Assembly (NCBI GenBank): GCA_016208315.1
Contig: JACQYF010000002.1
Location: forward strand, 39,820-63,819
Direction: 5' to 3'
Length of the DNA: 24,000 nt
Source of the DNA: Chloroflexota bacterium
GTDB lineage: Bacteria; Chloroflexota; Anaerolineae; UBA4142
Shown: positions 1 through 9,130 of the stretch, piece after piece
Position numbering within the stretch: the first letter of the stretch is position 1
Layout: every line of letters starts with the position of its first letter
Program-made: the position numbers and the translations under genes
The notes under the pieces: model-generated
The model's input: only the letters and a program-made list of their open reading frames with translations
Told to the model about the DNA's origin: nothing
Database searches by the model: none

Positions 1-358
1 CGAGCAGGTGACCGATCAGCCGCTCCAGGTCATGGCCGCGGAATTGATTCGCGAGCAAGTGCTCGTCCACACGCGGCAAGAAATCCCGCACTCGATCGCG
101 GTCGCGATTGACGAGTGGGTAGACCGCAGCCCGACCCTCACGCACATCGGCGCAACCATCTACGTGGAACGCGATTCGCAAAAGGGGATCGTCATCGGCG
201 CGCGGGGAGCGATGCTCAAAAAGATCGGCCAGCAGGCGCGGACGGCGATTGAGGGCTGGGTCGGTCACCAGGTCTATTTGGAGTTATGGGTCAAGGTGTG
301 GGACAAGTGGCGGGAGCGCGAGGCGAGCTTGCGCGAATTGGGATACGGTGGGCAATGA
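1..358 (+). CDS. era: GTPase Era, C-terminal KH-domain part; the 5' end lies upstream of the window
   Basis: The reading frame is open from base 2. Translation ...[28 protein letters not shown]...[26 protein letters not shown]...[14 protein letters not shown] matches the Era KH-domain C-terminus. TGA stop at 356-358. Confidence 0.9.
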   Translation, partial: EQVTDQPLQVMAAELIREQVLVHTRQEIPHSIAVAIDEWVDRSPTLTHIGATIYVERDSQKGIVIGARGAMLKKIGQQARTAIEGWVGHQVYLELWVKVWDKWREREASLRELGYGGQ

Positions 359-390
359 AAGAGGGCTGGGAAATGTTCCCAGCCCTCTTT
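358..390. terminator. Bidirectional intrinsic-terminator-like hairpin between convergent era and the MoCF-domain gene
   Basis: Perfect 15-bp inverted repeat AAAGAGGGCTGGGAA (358-372) / TTCCCAGCCCTCTTT (376-390) with a 3-nt loop. It starts at the last base of the era stop codon. On the minus strand the stem is followed by TTTCATT. It marks the end of the long minus-strand cluster. Confidence 0.6.
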
Positions 391-470
391 ACTCGCCACC
401 CAAACTTGCCTCTTCCGGCTCGATCACCTCGATGCCCATATCGCGCAGTTGCTGGGCCCGCCGGCTGTGT

Positions 471-1436
471 TCAGCCCACCAGCAGCCCGCCGTCGGCCAG
501 CGCGATCACGTCCGCACGCGAGACGCGTTCGCCCGCCAGCAGGCGCGGCAGGATCAAGTCCACCACATTCGTCTCGCGCGATTTGACGCACCCGGGCGCG
601 CCGATGACAGGAACCGCGCCGCAGTAGGCGAGCAACAGCAAGTTCCCCGGCTCGACCGGCGCGCCGTACAGCTCGATCTGGCCGCCCGCGCGTGCGATGC
701 CGCGCGGCGTAATATCGCTCGCGTCCATGATCGAAGTTTCGCCCGCGAGCATGACTATTTGCGCGCCGGCGCCCGTGGCGGCCCCAATCGCGTTCGCAAT
801 CGCGCCTTCCTCTTCCGCGACGTAATCCTCGACAATGACCTGCGCGCCCAATTCCTCCACGCGGGCGCGCAGCGGCGGCGCGAAAATCTCTTGCACCCGC
901 GCGCGCCCGTTCTCGCTCCCCGTCAGAACGATCGCGACCTTGTGATTACGGACCGGCGCAATGTTCATCACCGCGCCGATTTTTTCCGCCTCACGCAACG
1001 TGCTCTCCGGCAGCGCCAGCCCAATCGTTTTGAGGGTCGCAATCATCTTCTTCGGAGCCACCGGCGCAAATTTCGCAATGGTCGCGAGCGTTACCCCGCT
1101 CAATTCGTTTATTCGTTTCAAATTCGTCGAATTCGTCGTCAAAAAGCCGCTCTCGGCCGCATAGAAATTGACGCGCCCGCCGCTCGGCTTGCTGCGCTCG
1201 ATCTTGTCGCCCGCGACCATTTGCGCCAGCCGCGCCGCGGCCTCGTCCTCACGCACGTCGCCGGGTTCGAGGGCCGCGACGTAAACCGATTGCCGGCCCA
1301 GCGCGCGCAGTTTGTCCACATCTTCGGCGCGCACGAGCTTGCCTTTCGAGAGCGCCTTGCGTCCCTCGGCGTCCACGACGTTGTGAACGAGAATCGCGCC
1401 GACGGCATCGTTGACTAGAACATTCTTGAGTTGCAT
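471..1436 (-). CDS. Molybdopterin-binding (MoCF_biosynth / MoeA-domain-3-like) domain protein
   Basis: The C-terminal half (HKVAIVLTGSE...IVMLAGETSIMDASDITPRG...YGAPVEPGNLLLLAYCG...PVIGAPGCVKS) fits the MoCF-binding fold pattern. I chose the ATG at 1436 (MQLKNVLV) because AGGTG lies 5 nt upstream. The 22-codon extension in the ORF track (to 1502) is read out of a repeat element. Confidence 0.7.
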   Translation of the reverse strand: MQLKNVLVNDAVGAILVHNVVDAEGRKALSKGKLVRAEDVDKLRALGRQSVYVAALEPGDVREDEAAARLAQMVAGDKIERSKPSGGRVNFYAAESGFLTTNSTNLKRINELSGVTLATIAKFAPVAPKKMIATLKTIGLALPESTLREAEKIGAVMNIAPVRNHKVAIVLTGSENGRARVQEIFAPPLRARVEELGAQVIVEDYVAEEEGAIANAIGAATGAGAQIVMLAGETSIMDASDITPRGIARAGGQIELYGAPVEPGNLLLLAYCGAVPVIGAPGCVKSRETNVVDLILPRLLAGERVSRADVIALADGGLLVG

Positions 1437-1446
1437 ATTCACCTGT

Positions 1447-1501
1447 GTGGGAGTATGGGGGTATGGGAGTGACTCCCATACTCCCATACCTCCATACTCC
1501 A
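1447..1501. repeat. Tandem-octamer hairpin, unit GGGAGTAT (family A, copy 1)
   Basis: Left arm GGGAGTAT GGGGGTAT GGGAG, 3-nt loop (1470-1472), right arm CTCCCATA CTCCCATA CCTCCATA CTCC. The roughly 29-position stem has 2 G-T pairs and about 2 mismatches. It fills the gap between the rtcB stop (1502-1504) and the SD/start of the next gene (1436). Confidence 0.85.
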
Positions 1502-2953
1502 CTACCCCTTGATGACCGCCAATGGCTCCAGCCGCGCGATCTTTTTTGCGATTCCAGCGCGCGACACGACCTCGACCACACGCGATACGTCCTTGTACGC
1601 TTGCGGCGCTTCTTCGGCGAGGCCGGGCATCGAGCCGGCGCGAATGACGATGCCGCGCGCATTCAATTCATCGCGCAGTTTTTCGCCGCGCACTTGTTTC
1701 TTGGCTTGCGAACGGCTCATCACGCGGCCCGCGCCGTGGCACGTCGAGCCGAAGGTTTGCGCCATCGAGCCGGCGGTGCCAACGAGCACGTAGGACGCGG
1801 TGCCCATCGAGCCGGGAATCAGCACCGGCTGGCCGATGTCGCGCAAATCGTCCGGCAGTACGCTCGCGCCGGGGCCGAACGCCCGCGTCGCGCCTTTGCG
1901 ATGCACACACACCTTGACGCGTTGGCCCTCGATGTCGTGCTCCTCGACCTTGCCCATGTTGTGCGCAATGTCGTATACCTGGTGCAGATCGAAATCCTTG
2001 ACCACGCCCGCGAGCGCCTCTTCGAAAGAACGCCGGACGTGGTACGCCAGGATTTGGCGATTGGCAAACGCATAGTTCGCCGCGCACGCCATGGCCTTGA
2101 AATAATTCTGTCCCGCGTTGGAATCGAATGGCGCGCAAACGAGTTCGCGGTCGGGCAATTCGATCTTGTATTCGCGCACGGTCTGCTGAAAGCTGCCGAC
2201 GTAATCCGTGCAGATTTGATGTCCCAACCCGCGCGACCCGCAGTGGATTTGCGCGACGATCTGATCGGGGAACAGGCCGAGGCGGTCCGCAATGTCCGCG
2301 TCATAGACCTCGGCCACGCGGTCTACTTCGATAAAGTGATTGCCCGCGCCCAGCGTGCCGAGTTGGTCCTTGCCGCGTTCCTTGGCGCGCTTGGAGACGA
2401 GCGCCGCGTCGGCCCCGGGCAGCTTGCCGAACTCTTCGGTGCGCTCCAAGTCCGCGCGGCGCGCGTAGCCGTTCTTGACGGCCCATTCCGAACCCTGTTC
2501 CAATACGTCGTCCAGTTGCTTGGGATTCAACGGCACGCTGCCTTCCGAACCGACTCCGCTGGGGCAATTGCGGTAGAGCGCAGTTGCCAAATCCTTCATT
2601 TGCGGCGCCATCTCTTCCACGCGGACGTGCGAGGCGAGGAGGCGGACCCCACAATTGACGTCGTAGCCAATCGCGCCAGGCGAAATAACGCCGCCCGGCA
2701 ATTTGGTCGCGAACACACCTCCCACGGGCGCGCCATATCCTTGGTGTACATCCGGCATCGCAATGGCGTAGCGCACGATACCGGGCAGCGTCGCCGTGTT
2801 CACCAGTTGCTCGACGGACTTGTCTTCGAGCGCATCGTCAAGCAGGGCTTCGTCCGCGTAGATCCGCGCGGGCGCGCGCATGTCGCCGCGGAAATTCTGC
2901 GGCACCTGCCACACGACCTCGTTAATGCGTTCCAGGTCTTGTTTGCGGATCAT
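1502..2953 (-). CDS. rtcB: RNA 3'-phosphate/5'-OH ligase RtcB
   Basis: RtcB signature blocks are present: [78 protein letters not shown]. Start ATG at 2953 ([10 protein letters not shown]) has GAGGA 8 nt upstream. The ORF-track start at 3037 adds an implausible Gly/Arg-rich extension. Confidence 0.93.
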   Translation of the reverse strand: MIRKQDLERINEVVWQVPQNFRGDMRAPARIYADEALLDDALEDKSVEQLVNTATLPGIVRYAIAMPDVHQGYGAPVGGVFATKLPGGVISPGAIGYDVNCGVRLLASHVRVEEMAPQMKDLATALYRNCPSGVGSEGSVPLNPKQLDDVLEQGSEWAVKNGYARRADLERTEEFGKLPGADAALVSKRAKERGKDQLGTLGAGNHFIEVDRVAEVYDADIADRLGLFPDQIVAQIHCGSRGLGHQICTDYVGSFQQTVREYKIELPDRELVCAPFDSNAGQNYFKAMACAANYAFANRQILAYHVRRSFEEALAGVVKDFDLHQVYDIAHNMGKVEEHDIEGQRVKVCVHRKGATRAFGPGASVLPDDLRDIGQPVLIPGSMGTASYVLVGTAGSMAQTFGSTCHGAGRVMSRSQAKKQVRGEKLRDELNARGIVIRAGSMPGLAEEAPQAYKDVSRVVEVVSRAGIAKKIARLEPLAVIKG

Positions 2954-2966
2954 CGTACACATCCTC

Positions 2967-3010
2967 GTAGGACAATGCGGCGCCCGCGGCGCCGAGCCAA
3001 ATTGTCCTAC
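2967..3010 (-). promoter_or_regulatory. Compound intercistronic hairpin between archease and rtcB
   Basis: Outer 10-bp perfect stem GTAGGACAAT (2967-2976) / ATTGTCCTAC (3001-3010) encloses an inner 7-bp GC stem CGGCGCC (2978-2984) / GGCGCCG (2988-2994). The outer stem covers the archease stop codon (3007-3009). Its base abuts the rtcB SD (complement of 2962-2966). Confidence 0.5.
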
Positions 3011-3408
3011 ACGTCCACCACAACGACCGCCTCCCATCCCTCGGGCGTTTGCTCGATCTTCAAGTTGTGATACGTCACCGCTTTGACGAGCTTTTCGATT
3101 TTGCCGCCGGGCGAGCCGAAAACCGTCGCGCGCAAGGCGGCGGGAGTGATGGATTCGATTTGAAAACGGTGATACCTCTCGCGGTTGGATTCTTGCAGGT
3201 ACAGCAACTCGCTCAGCCAGTTCACGAGCAGCGCTTCATAGTCTATGCCGTCTACTTGTACCGGGCGCGCGATTTCAGGTTCGGATGCGGTCGCGCCTTC
3301 CATTGAAAACATCGCGAACGCGGCGTTCTCGAACAGGTCGCGCAGGTCGCGGCCGAACGCGCGGAACGACCAATCGGCAGTGTGGGAGATTTCTTCAAAT
3401 CTTTTCAT
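3007..3408 (-). CDS. Archease (RtcB activator/chaperone family)
   Basis: N-terminus [19 protein letters not shown] carries the conserved archease HTAD motif. The size is about 133 aa and the gene lies immediately upstream of rtcB. ATG at 3408 has AAGGA 7 nt upstream; GTG at 3411 is an alternative start. Confidence 0.85.
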   Translation of the reverse strand: MKRFEEISHTADWSFRAFGRDLRDLFENAAFAMFSMEGATASEPEIARPVQVDGIDYEALLVNWLSELLYLQESNRERYHRFQIESITPAALRATVFGSPGGKIEKLVKAVTYHNLKIEQTPEGWEAVVVVDV

Positions 3409-3424
3409 CACTCATCCTTCATCC

Positions 3425-4348
3425 CTAATCCTTCTTGAGCACTTGGCGCGTTTCGGCCACGTCCTGCCGCATCTGCGCGATGAGCGCCTGGACGTTGTCG
3501 AATTTCATTTCCGGGCGCAGGCGTTTGATGAACTGCACTTCGATGACCTGATCGTACAAGTCGCCGTCAAAGTCCAGCACATACACCTCGACCGTGCGGT
3601 GCCCGCCGCCAAATGTCGGACGGATGCCGATGCTGGCCGCGCCGCCGAACCACTGCTCGCCGATTTTTACGCGCACCGCGTAAATCCCATCCGCGGGAAC
3701 CAACCGCCGTTCGGCCACGGCGAGATTGGCCGTGGGAAATCCGAGTTGGCGGCCGCGCTCGTCGCCTTTGATGACACGCCCGCGCAAAGACGGATAGCGG
3801 CCCAACGAACGCGTCGCGCTCTCCAGGTCTCCTTCCGCGATAGATTGGCGGATGCGCGTAGACGACATGATCTCGCCGTCGAATTTCTGCGGTTCGACGA
3901 CGGTCACGCTGAACCCTTTCTCTTTGCCGAGCGCGCGGAGAAACTCCACGTTGCCCTCGCGCTTATAGCCCATCGCAAAATCCGCGCCGCAAAAGATTTC
4001 TCTCATGTTCAGATGGTCGAGCAAGAGTTGAACGAAATCGCGCGCGCGAATCTGCGACAGTTCGAGACTGAACGGAAAGACGACCGCGTAGTCGAGGCCG
4101 AGCGGGCCCAGAAGGTCGAGCCGCTCTTCGATCGTGCTGAGGTATTGCAGCGGGGAATCGGGACGCAGGACGACTTTGGGATGCGGGTGTAGCGTGACGA
4201 GCGCGCTGGCCGCGCCGGTCTCTTTGGCGCGATGGACGACGCGGCCGATAAGATATTGATGGCCGCGATGAATGCCATCGAAAGAGCCAATCGTAAGCAC
4301 GGTAGGTCGAGTCAGATTAACAGTGGTGAGGTCGCGGATGATTTCCAT
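3425..4348 (-). CDS. ribF: Bifunctional riboflavin kinase / FMN adenylyltransferase
   Basis: The N-terminal block TIGSFDGIHRGHQYLI and a C-terminal riboflavin-kinase region (GDERGRQLGFPTANL...GIYAVRV...GAASIGIRPTF...VEVYVLDF) are present. It sits in the conserved position after truB. Confidence 0.92.
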   Translation of the reverse strand: MEIIRDLTTVNLTRPTVLTIGSFDGIHRGHQYLIGRVVHRAKETGAASALVTLHPHPKVVLRPDSPLQYLSTIEERLDLLGPLGLDYAVVFPFSLELSQIRARDFVQLLLDHLNMREIFCGADFAMGYKREGNVEFLRALGKEKGFSVTVVEPQKFDGEIMSSTRIRQSIAEGDLESATRSLGRYPSLRGRVIKGDERGRQLGFPTANLAVAERRLVPADGIYAVRVKIGEQWFGGAASIGIRPTFGGGHRTVEVYVLDFDGDLYDQVIEVQFIKRLRPEMKFDNVQALIAQMRQDVAETRQVLKKD

Positions 4349-4363
4349 AGGTTCAGCGAGCTG

Positions 4364-4396
4364 CCATGAGTTCCCTTGAGCCGAAGGAACTCATGG
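4364..4396 (-). promoter_or_regulatory. Intercistronic hairpin in the truB-ribF spacer
   Basis: Perfect 11-bp inverted repeat CCATGAGTTCC (4364-4374) / GGAACTCATGG (4386-4396) with an 11-nt loop, inside the 62-nt gap between the truB stop (4411) and ribF start (4348). It has no U-tract and is not periodic. Confidence 0.55.
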
Positions 4397-4410
4397 GAAC
4401 CCAGGGGGAT

Positions 4411-5298
4411 TTACAACAGAAATACCTTTTTCGGCTTCCACACTTTGGGCGCGTCGCCGCGCTCCATCAAGGCGATGAGTTCGCCGCGCGTGGAATAGAC
4501 CCGCAGGAGAGGCGTCGCGTATCCGCGTTCGCACGGTAGGGGATTGCCTTGCTGGATGCGCTTGACAATGCCCGGCTCGACGACGACGGCTTCGAACTGG
4601 AGCAGCGCTTCGTCCAAAGGACTGAGGAATTGCTCGACGTAATTACCCAGAAACGCATCGCGCAACTGGTCGAGCGTGAGCGCGGTATCGAGCGAGAATT
4701 GGCCGCTCATGGTACGCGTCAGTGCGGTGATGTGCGCGCCTGTGCCGAGTTTCGCTCCGAGGTCGTGCGCGAGCGAGCGAATGTACGTGCCCTTGCTGCA
4801 ATGGACTTGGACTTCAAGATCGGGCGGCGTGAATTCGGTCAAAGCTATCGAGTGGATGACGATTTGGCGCGGCTCGGTTTCCACCTCGACGCCTTGGCGC
4901 GCGAGCTTGTAGAGCGGCGTGCCTTGCTGCTTGATCGCGGAATACGCGGGCGGCATTTGCGAGATTGAACCGACGAAACTCTGCAACGCCTCTTCAACTT
5001 GCTCAAGCGACACGCTTACTTCATGCTCGGAAACGACGGTCCCCTGCGCGTCGTATGTATCCGTTTCAATGCCGAGGCGCACGCGGGCGCGATATTTCTT
5101 GTCGTGGTCGGTGAGGTATTCAGCCACACGCGTCGCCTGCCCGATGCAAACGAGCAACACGCCGGTCGCCAGCGGATCGAGCGTGCCGGCATGGCCCACG
5201 CGCGACTCGCGGGACATCTTGCGGACAATCGCGACCACGTCATGCGAGGTCATGCCCGCGGGCTTGTTGATGTTGAGAATGCCATTGATTCCCGGCAT
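4411..5298 (-). CDS. truB: tRNA pseudouridine(55) synthase TruB
   Basis: GILNINKPAGMTSHDVVAIVRK...GHAGTLDPLATGVLLVCIGQATRV contains the catalytic-Asp motif. Start ATG at 5298 (MPGINGIL) was chosen; the 33 upstream codons in the ORF track have no TruB counterpart. Confidence 0.92.
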   Translation of the reverse strand: MPGINGILNINKPAGMTSHDVVAIVRKMSRESRVGHAGTLDPLATGVLLVCIGQATRVAEYLTDHDKKYRARVRLGIETDTYDAQGTVVSEHEVSVSLEQVEEALQSFVGSISQMPPAYSAIKQQGTPLYKLARQGVEVETEPRQIVIHSIALTEFTPPDLEVQVHCSKGTYIRSLAHDLGAKLGTGAHITALTRTMSGQFSLDTALTLDQLRDAFLGNYVEQFLSPLDEALLQFEAVVVEPGIVKRIQQGNPLPCERGYATPLLRVYSTRGELIALMERGDAPKVWKPKKVFLL

Positions 5299-5382
5299 AG
5301 CGCAACCTTGAAAATGGGATTGGGAGATGGATCGCAGCGGACAGTTCTGCGCTCCGCCGCAAGTTGGGCAACTCATGTCAAT

Positions 5383-5478
5383 GAAACAATTATCCAATGA
5401 ACCAATGAGCCAAATTGACTCCGCTGTGGGGAACTTGTTTGGCTCATTGGCTCATTGGCATATTGGACAATTGTTTTC
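5383..5478. repeat. Tandem-octamer hairpin, units CCAATGAR / GGCTCATT (family F)
   Basis: The core is a 13-bp perfect stem, 5402-5414 (CCAATGAGCCAAA) with 5438-5450 (TTTGGCTCATTGG). Further pairing extends out to 5383/5478, with one extra 8-nt unit bulged on the right arm. The right arm reads GGCTCATT GGCTCATT GGCATATT GGACAATT. It overlaps the last 10 codons and the stop of nrnA. Confidence 0.85.
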
Positions 5479-6424
5479 TGATCTCCGCGAGCACGCGCTC
5501 GCGCGCGGCGGCCAAAGGCCCATCAATCAACGCGCCGGATGCTTGCTTGTGTCCGCCGCCGCCCAAGTTGCGCGCGACCGTGGCAACGTCATAACCGACG
5601 CGCGAGCGCATGCCTACGTCAATTTTGCCGTTTTCCTTTTCGGTAAACAGGACGGCGATCTTGGCGGCTTGTACGCTGAGGAGTTGATTGACGATGCCGC
5701 CCGTCCCATTGCCGTTGACGCCCAGCTCACGGATCAGCGATTGGGGGACCTGCGCCCACAACACCATCCCGTCTAACTGCGCGTCGCACAACACCTTGCC
5801 GCGCAGGCGCAGACTGGACAGCGGGACACGGTTAAAGACATTCTCGATGATCTCTGGAATGGAACCGCCTGCCTGGATCAAGGCCGTGGCGGTTTGCAGT
5901 GTCTCGACGGTCGTGTTGGACGTTCGAAAGCCGAGAGTATCGGTGACGACGCCGGTCAGCAAGCATTGAGCAATCGTCGGGTCGAGCGGAATTTCCAGCG
6001 CCCGCGTAAAGCGATAAATGATCTCGGCGGTCGAGGCCGCGCGCGGATCCACATAGTTGAGGGGCGCAAAGTTGTCGTTGGTGACGTGATGGTCAATTTC
6101 CAGCGCCGGGCGGCCGTCGAAGAACTTGGCATCAAACGCCGCGCCGAAACGGTCGTTGGAACTGCCATCCACGTAGACCAGAAATTCCTCGTCGGTTGGC
6201 AGTTTGGAGGTTAGTTCGGCAAAGCCGGGCAAAAAATCGAACGTATTCGATACGTGATCGTTGCAGGTCACGTTGACGGTCTTACCCATTTTTCGCAGCG
6301 CCCACGTCAGCCCCAGCGCCGAACCGATGGCATCGCCATCGGGCATGATGTGCGCGGCGACGAAAATCTTGTTGTATCGTCTAAAAAGCTGAACGGCGTG
6401 TTCGAAGGTGTTTGGATGTTCCAC
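5444..6424 (-). CDS. nrnA: DHH/DHHA1 phosphoesterase, NrnA-like (oligoribonuclease / pAp phosphatase)
   Basis: Motifs AAHIMPDGDAIGS, EIDHHVTN and a C-terminal GGGGHKQASGA are present, and the gene sits between rbfA and truB. I chose the GTG at 6424 just after the rbfA stop. The ATG at 6562 would overlap rbfA by 128 nt and adds an Arg/Ser-rich sequence. Confidence 0.82.
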   Translation of the reverse strand: MEHPNTFEHAVQLFRRYNKIFVAAHIMPDGDAIGSALGLTWALRKMGKTVNVTCNDHVSNTFDFLPGFAELTSKLPTDEEFLVYVDGSSNDRFGAAFDAKFFDGRPALEIDHHVTNDNFAPLNYVDPRAASTAEIIYRFTRALEIPLDPTIAQCLLTGVVTDTLGFRTSNTTVETLQTATALIQAGGSIPEIIENVFNRVPLSSLRLRGKVLCDAQLDGMVLWAQVPQSLIRELGVNGNGTGGIVNQLLSVQAAKIAVLFTEKENGKIDVGMRSRVGYDVATVARNLGGGGHKQASGALIDGPLAAARERVLAEIRKQLSNMPMSQ

Positions 6425-6434
6425 TGATTGACTT

Positions 6435-6818
6435 TTACTTTCCCCAGCGGTCGCGTTTAGGCGCGGGCGCGCGTTCCTCGGCTTGGACCTTTTCGAGGAC
6501 TTTGCAAAATCGCTCGCCAGCCTCGATGGCGCGGTCCTTGTAGAAACGCAGCTCTGGCGCAAGGTGCAGGTCGAGCGCTCGCGCGAGCTGCCGGCGAATG
6601 TAGCCCGACGCGTGCGCTAGCCCGTCGAGCATTTCTTTTTCATCCCCATCGGCGGCGCGCGGCGTGACGTAGACCTTGGCCAGCCGCAAATCGCCGGTGA
6701 CCTCGACCCGCGTGACGTTGACGTTCGCCAAGCGCGGGTCGGCCAATTCCCGGTCGAGCATGAGACTGATTTCCTGGTGAATGCGCTCGCCCACGCGTTC
6801 AGAGCGATGCCCCGCCAT
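6435..6818 (-). CDS. rbfA: Ribosome-binding factor A
   Basis: RSERVGERIHQEISLMLDRELADPRL...VTRVEVTGDLRLAKVYV matches the RbfA pattern. The gene lies directly downstream of infB. Confidence 0.92.
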   Translation of the reverse strand: MAGHRSERVGERIHQEISLMLDRELADPRLANVNVTRVEVTGDLRLAKVYVTPRAADGDEKEMLDGLAHASGYIRRQLARALDLHLAPELRFYKDRAIEAGERFCKVLEKVQAEERAPAPKRDRWGK

Positions 6819-6821
6819 TCG

Positions 6822-8987
6822 CTAACTCACTTTCACCTTTTGATAGAATTCGAGTTGATCGCCTTCGTGAAAATCGTTAAAGCGTTCCAGGGTCAAGCCG
6901 CACTCATAGCCCTCGGCGACTTCTTTCACGTCGTCGGTAAAACGCTTGAGCGACGAGATCGGGCCCTTGAACACCTCGGCGCCGCCGCGCATGACCACGG
7001 CGGTCGCGTTGCGCGCGATCTTGCCTTGCGTCACGCGCAGGCCCGCGGCCGCGGCGCGTTTCATGTGAAAGACCTGCAAGACCTGCGCGCGGCCGGTGAG
7101 CATATCTTTGTAGACCGGTTCGAGCATGCCTTTCAGCGCCTTGTCAATGTCTTCGATGAGTTTGTAAATGATATTGTAACGGCGAATGTCAATGCCTTCG
7201 CTCTCGGCCAACGATTCCGCCGCGGACTCGGCGCCGACATTGAACGCGATGACGATCGCTTGCGACGCCACCGCCAGCATGACATCCGAGCGGGTGATGG
7301 TGCCGATGCCTTCGTGGATGATCTTGACCTTGATCTTTTCGTCGCCCAACTTTTCGAGCGACGAAACGATCGGTTCGAGCGAGCCGCTGACGTCGGCTTT
7401 GACGATCAGGTTCAGTTCCTTGACGTTGCCCGCTTGGAATTGCGCGAACAGGTCATTAAGATTAACGGCGCGCGACGGTTTTTGTTCGGCCTGGCGCTTG
7501 GCGAGCGCGCGTTCCTCCGCGCGGCTGCGCGCCATCCGCTCGTCCATCAGGACGATAAACTCTTGGCCGGCCTCGGGCATATTCGATAGGCCCGTGACGG
7601 CCACCGGAGTCCCGGGCACGGCTTCGCGCAGCGCGTCGCCGTGATCGTCGAACATGGCCCGAATCTTGCCCCACACGCCGGCAATCTGGATAGCATCGCC
7701 GACGTGGAGCGTGCCGTCGTTCACGAGCAGCGTCGCCATCGGCCCTTGCTGCTTGTCGAGCTTGGACTCGATGACGCTGCCCGTCGCGGGTTTCTTGGGA
7801 TTGGCGCGCAAATCGGCGAGTTCGGCGACGAGGACGATGTTCTCCAAAAGTTCGTCTATGCCGGTCTTTTGCTTGGCCGAAATCGGCACGACCGTGACCT
7901 CGTCCTTGCCGCCCCAGACGGCCAGGCCCAGCTCGGCCAGTTGCTGCTTGACGAATTCGGGATTGGCGTTCGCCTTGTCAATCTTGTTCAGCGCGATGAT
8001 GATCGGAACGTGCGCCGCGCGCGCGTGGTCAATCGCTTCGCGCGTCTGCGGCATCACGCCGTCGTCGGCGGCGACGACGATGATCGCGATGTCGGTGGCC
8101 TTGGCGCCGCGGGCGCGCATCGCCGTAAAGGCCTCGTGGCCAGGCGTATCGAGAAAGGTGATCTTTTTGTTATTGTGCAAAACTTGATACGCGCCGATGT
8201 GCTGGGTGATGCCGCCCGCTTCGCCTTCGGCGACGTGCGCGTGCCGGATCACATCCAGCACCGACGTTTTGCCGTGGTCTACGTGGCCCATCACGGTGAC
8301 GACCGGCGGGCGCAATTCGAGATGCGCGGCTTCCGCTTCGGTGTATTCGCGTTTCTTGGGAATGCTCGTCAGAGTCGTTACCTCGGGTTCGATAATGACT
8401 GGCTTTCGCTCTTTCACTTCGAAACCGAGTTCGCCGGCAACCAACGCGGCGGTATCAAAATCAATCGGCTGATTGATGTTGGCCATGACCCCGTTCGCCA
8501 TCAGCTTGCGGATAATGTCTATTGGACTGACTTTAAGTTCGGCGGCGAGATCGCGCACGGTCAGGTTATCGGGCAACTCGACCACTTTGGGTGGCGGGGG
8601 CGGCGCGACAGGCGCAGCCGCCACCGGTCGCATCGCCGGTCGGGCCGATGGAACGGGATGCGCGGCGGTCGCGGGGCGGCTGCCGGCTGGACGCATGGGA
8701 GCTCCCGGTCGAGCCGGAGCATGGGCCGGTTTCGGCGCGGCGGTGTGCGGTCGGGGCGCTGGCGGTCTCGGCGCGGTGGATGCGGGCGGGGCGGTCTTGA
8801 CGGGCGCAGCCGGGCGCGCAGAGACGCCAGGCCGTGGCGCAGGACGCGCGGGACTGCTCGCAGCCGGGCGCGGGGCGCTTTGGGTTGTTGGTTTGCGGGC
8901 TGGTGGCTGGTTGGCAGGTGTTGCGCTCGACGCCGGCTTGGTCTTTTTCGGCTCACTCCGCTTGACAGGATTCTGGTTCTCAGCCAT
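6822..8987 (-). CDS. infB: Translation initiation factor IF-2
   Basis: G-domain motifs VVTVMGHVDHGKTSVLD, DTPGHEAF and NKID are present, preceded by a Pro/Ala-rich N-terminal region. AAGGAG lies 7 nt upstream of the ATG at 8987. Confidence 0.97.
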   Translation of the reverse strand: MAENQNPVKRSEPKKTKPASSATPANQPPARKPTTQSAPRPAASSPARPAPRPGVSARPAAPVKTAPPASTAPRPPAPRPHTAAPKPAHAPARPGAPMRPAGSRPATAAHPVPSARPAMRPVAAAPVAPPPPPKVVELPDNLTVRDLAAELKVSPIDIIRKLMANGVMANINQPIDFDTAALVAGELGFEVKERKPVIIEPEVTTLTSIPKKREYTEAEAAHLELRPPVVTVMGHVDHGKTSVLDVIRHAHVAEGEAGGITQHIGAYQVLHNNKKITFLDTPGHEAFTAMRARGAKATDIAIIVVAADDGVMPQTREAIDHARAAHVPIIIALNKIDKANANPEFVKQQLAELGLAVWGGKDEVTVVPISAKQKTGIDELLENIVLVAELADLRANPKKPATGSVIESKLDKQQGPMATLLVNDGTLHVGDAIQIAGVWGKIRAMFDDHGDALREAVPGTPVAVTGLSNMPEAGQEFIVLMDERMARSRAEERALAKRQAEQKPSRAVNLNDLFAQFQAGNVKELNLIVKADVSGSLEPIVSSLEKLGDEKIKVKIIHEGIGTITRSDVMLAVASQAIVIAFNVGAESAAESLAESEGIDIRRYNIIYKLIEDIDKALKGMLEPVYKDMLTGRAQVLQVFHMKRAAAAGLRVTQGKIARNATAVVMRGGAEVFKGPISSLKRFTDDVKEVAEGYECGLTLERFNDFHEGDQLEFYQKVKVS

Positions 8988-9095
8988 AGAAAAACTCCTT
9001 TCGTTCCCACATCCGATTCATCCTCGCGTAATACAAAATCGAATCAGGGATTCAAATATTCGGTTGGGCAATTCGCTTGGGGAAGGAGCAAGAGA

Positions 9096-9130
9096 GTAAT
9101 CAGTAATTAGTAATTACCAATTACTGACTA
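9096..9130. repeat. Tandem-heptamer hairpin, unit GTAATYA / CCAATTAC (family B, copy 1)
   Basis: Sequence reads GTAATCA GTAATTA GTAATTA CCAATTA CTGACTA. CAGTAATT (9101-9108) pairs perfectly with AATTACTG (9119-9126), and an alternative register is also possible. It lies in the 281-nt untranslated spacer upstream of infB. It shares 13-14-mers with the element at 12142-12189. Confidence 0.75.

Noticed and set aside
249-1418. 389-aa ORF on the + strand, antisense to the MoCF-domain gene
   Set aside because: It is Arg/Ala-rich low-complexity translation typical of the antisense frame of GC-rich genes. The opposite strand carries a recognisable domain protein with an SD.
1445-3070. 541-aa ORF antisense to rtcB
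   Set aside because: The opposite strand encodes an unmistakable RtcB. The composition (R/A/G-rich) and the lack of motifs indicate a GC-bias artefact.
5299-5397. Upstream extension of truB containing CPTCGG...C, superficially zinc-knuckle-like
   Set aside because: TruB proteins have no counterpart to it. The canonical TruB N-terminus begins at the ATG at 5298, and part of the extension is repeat-element sequence.
7641-9110. 489-aa ORF antisense to infB, together with 6777-7589 and 8473-9099
   Set aside because: Same reasoning: infB on the minus strand is certain, and the antisense frames are Arg/Gly-rich with no recognisable domains.
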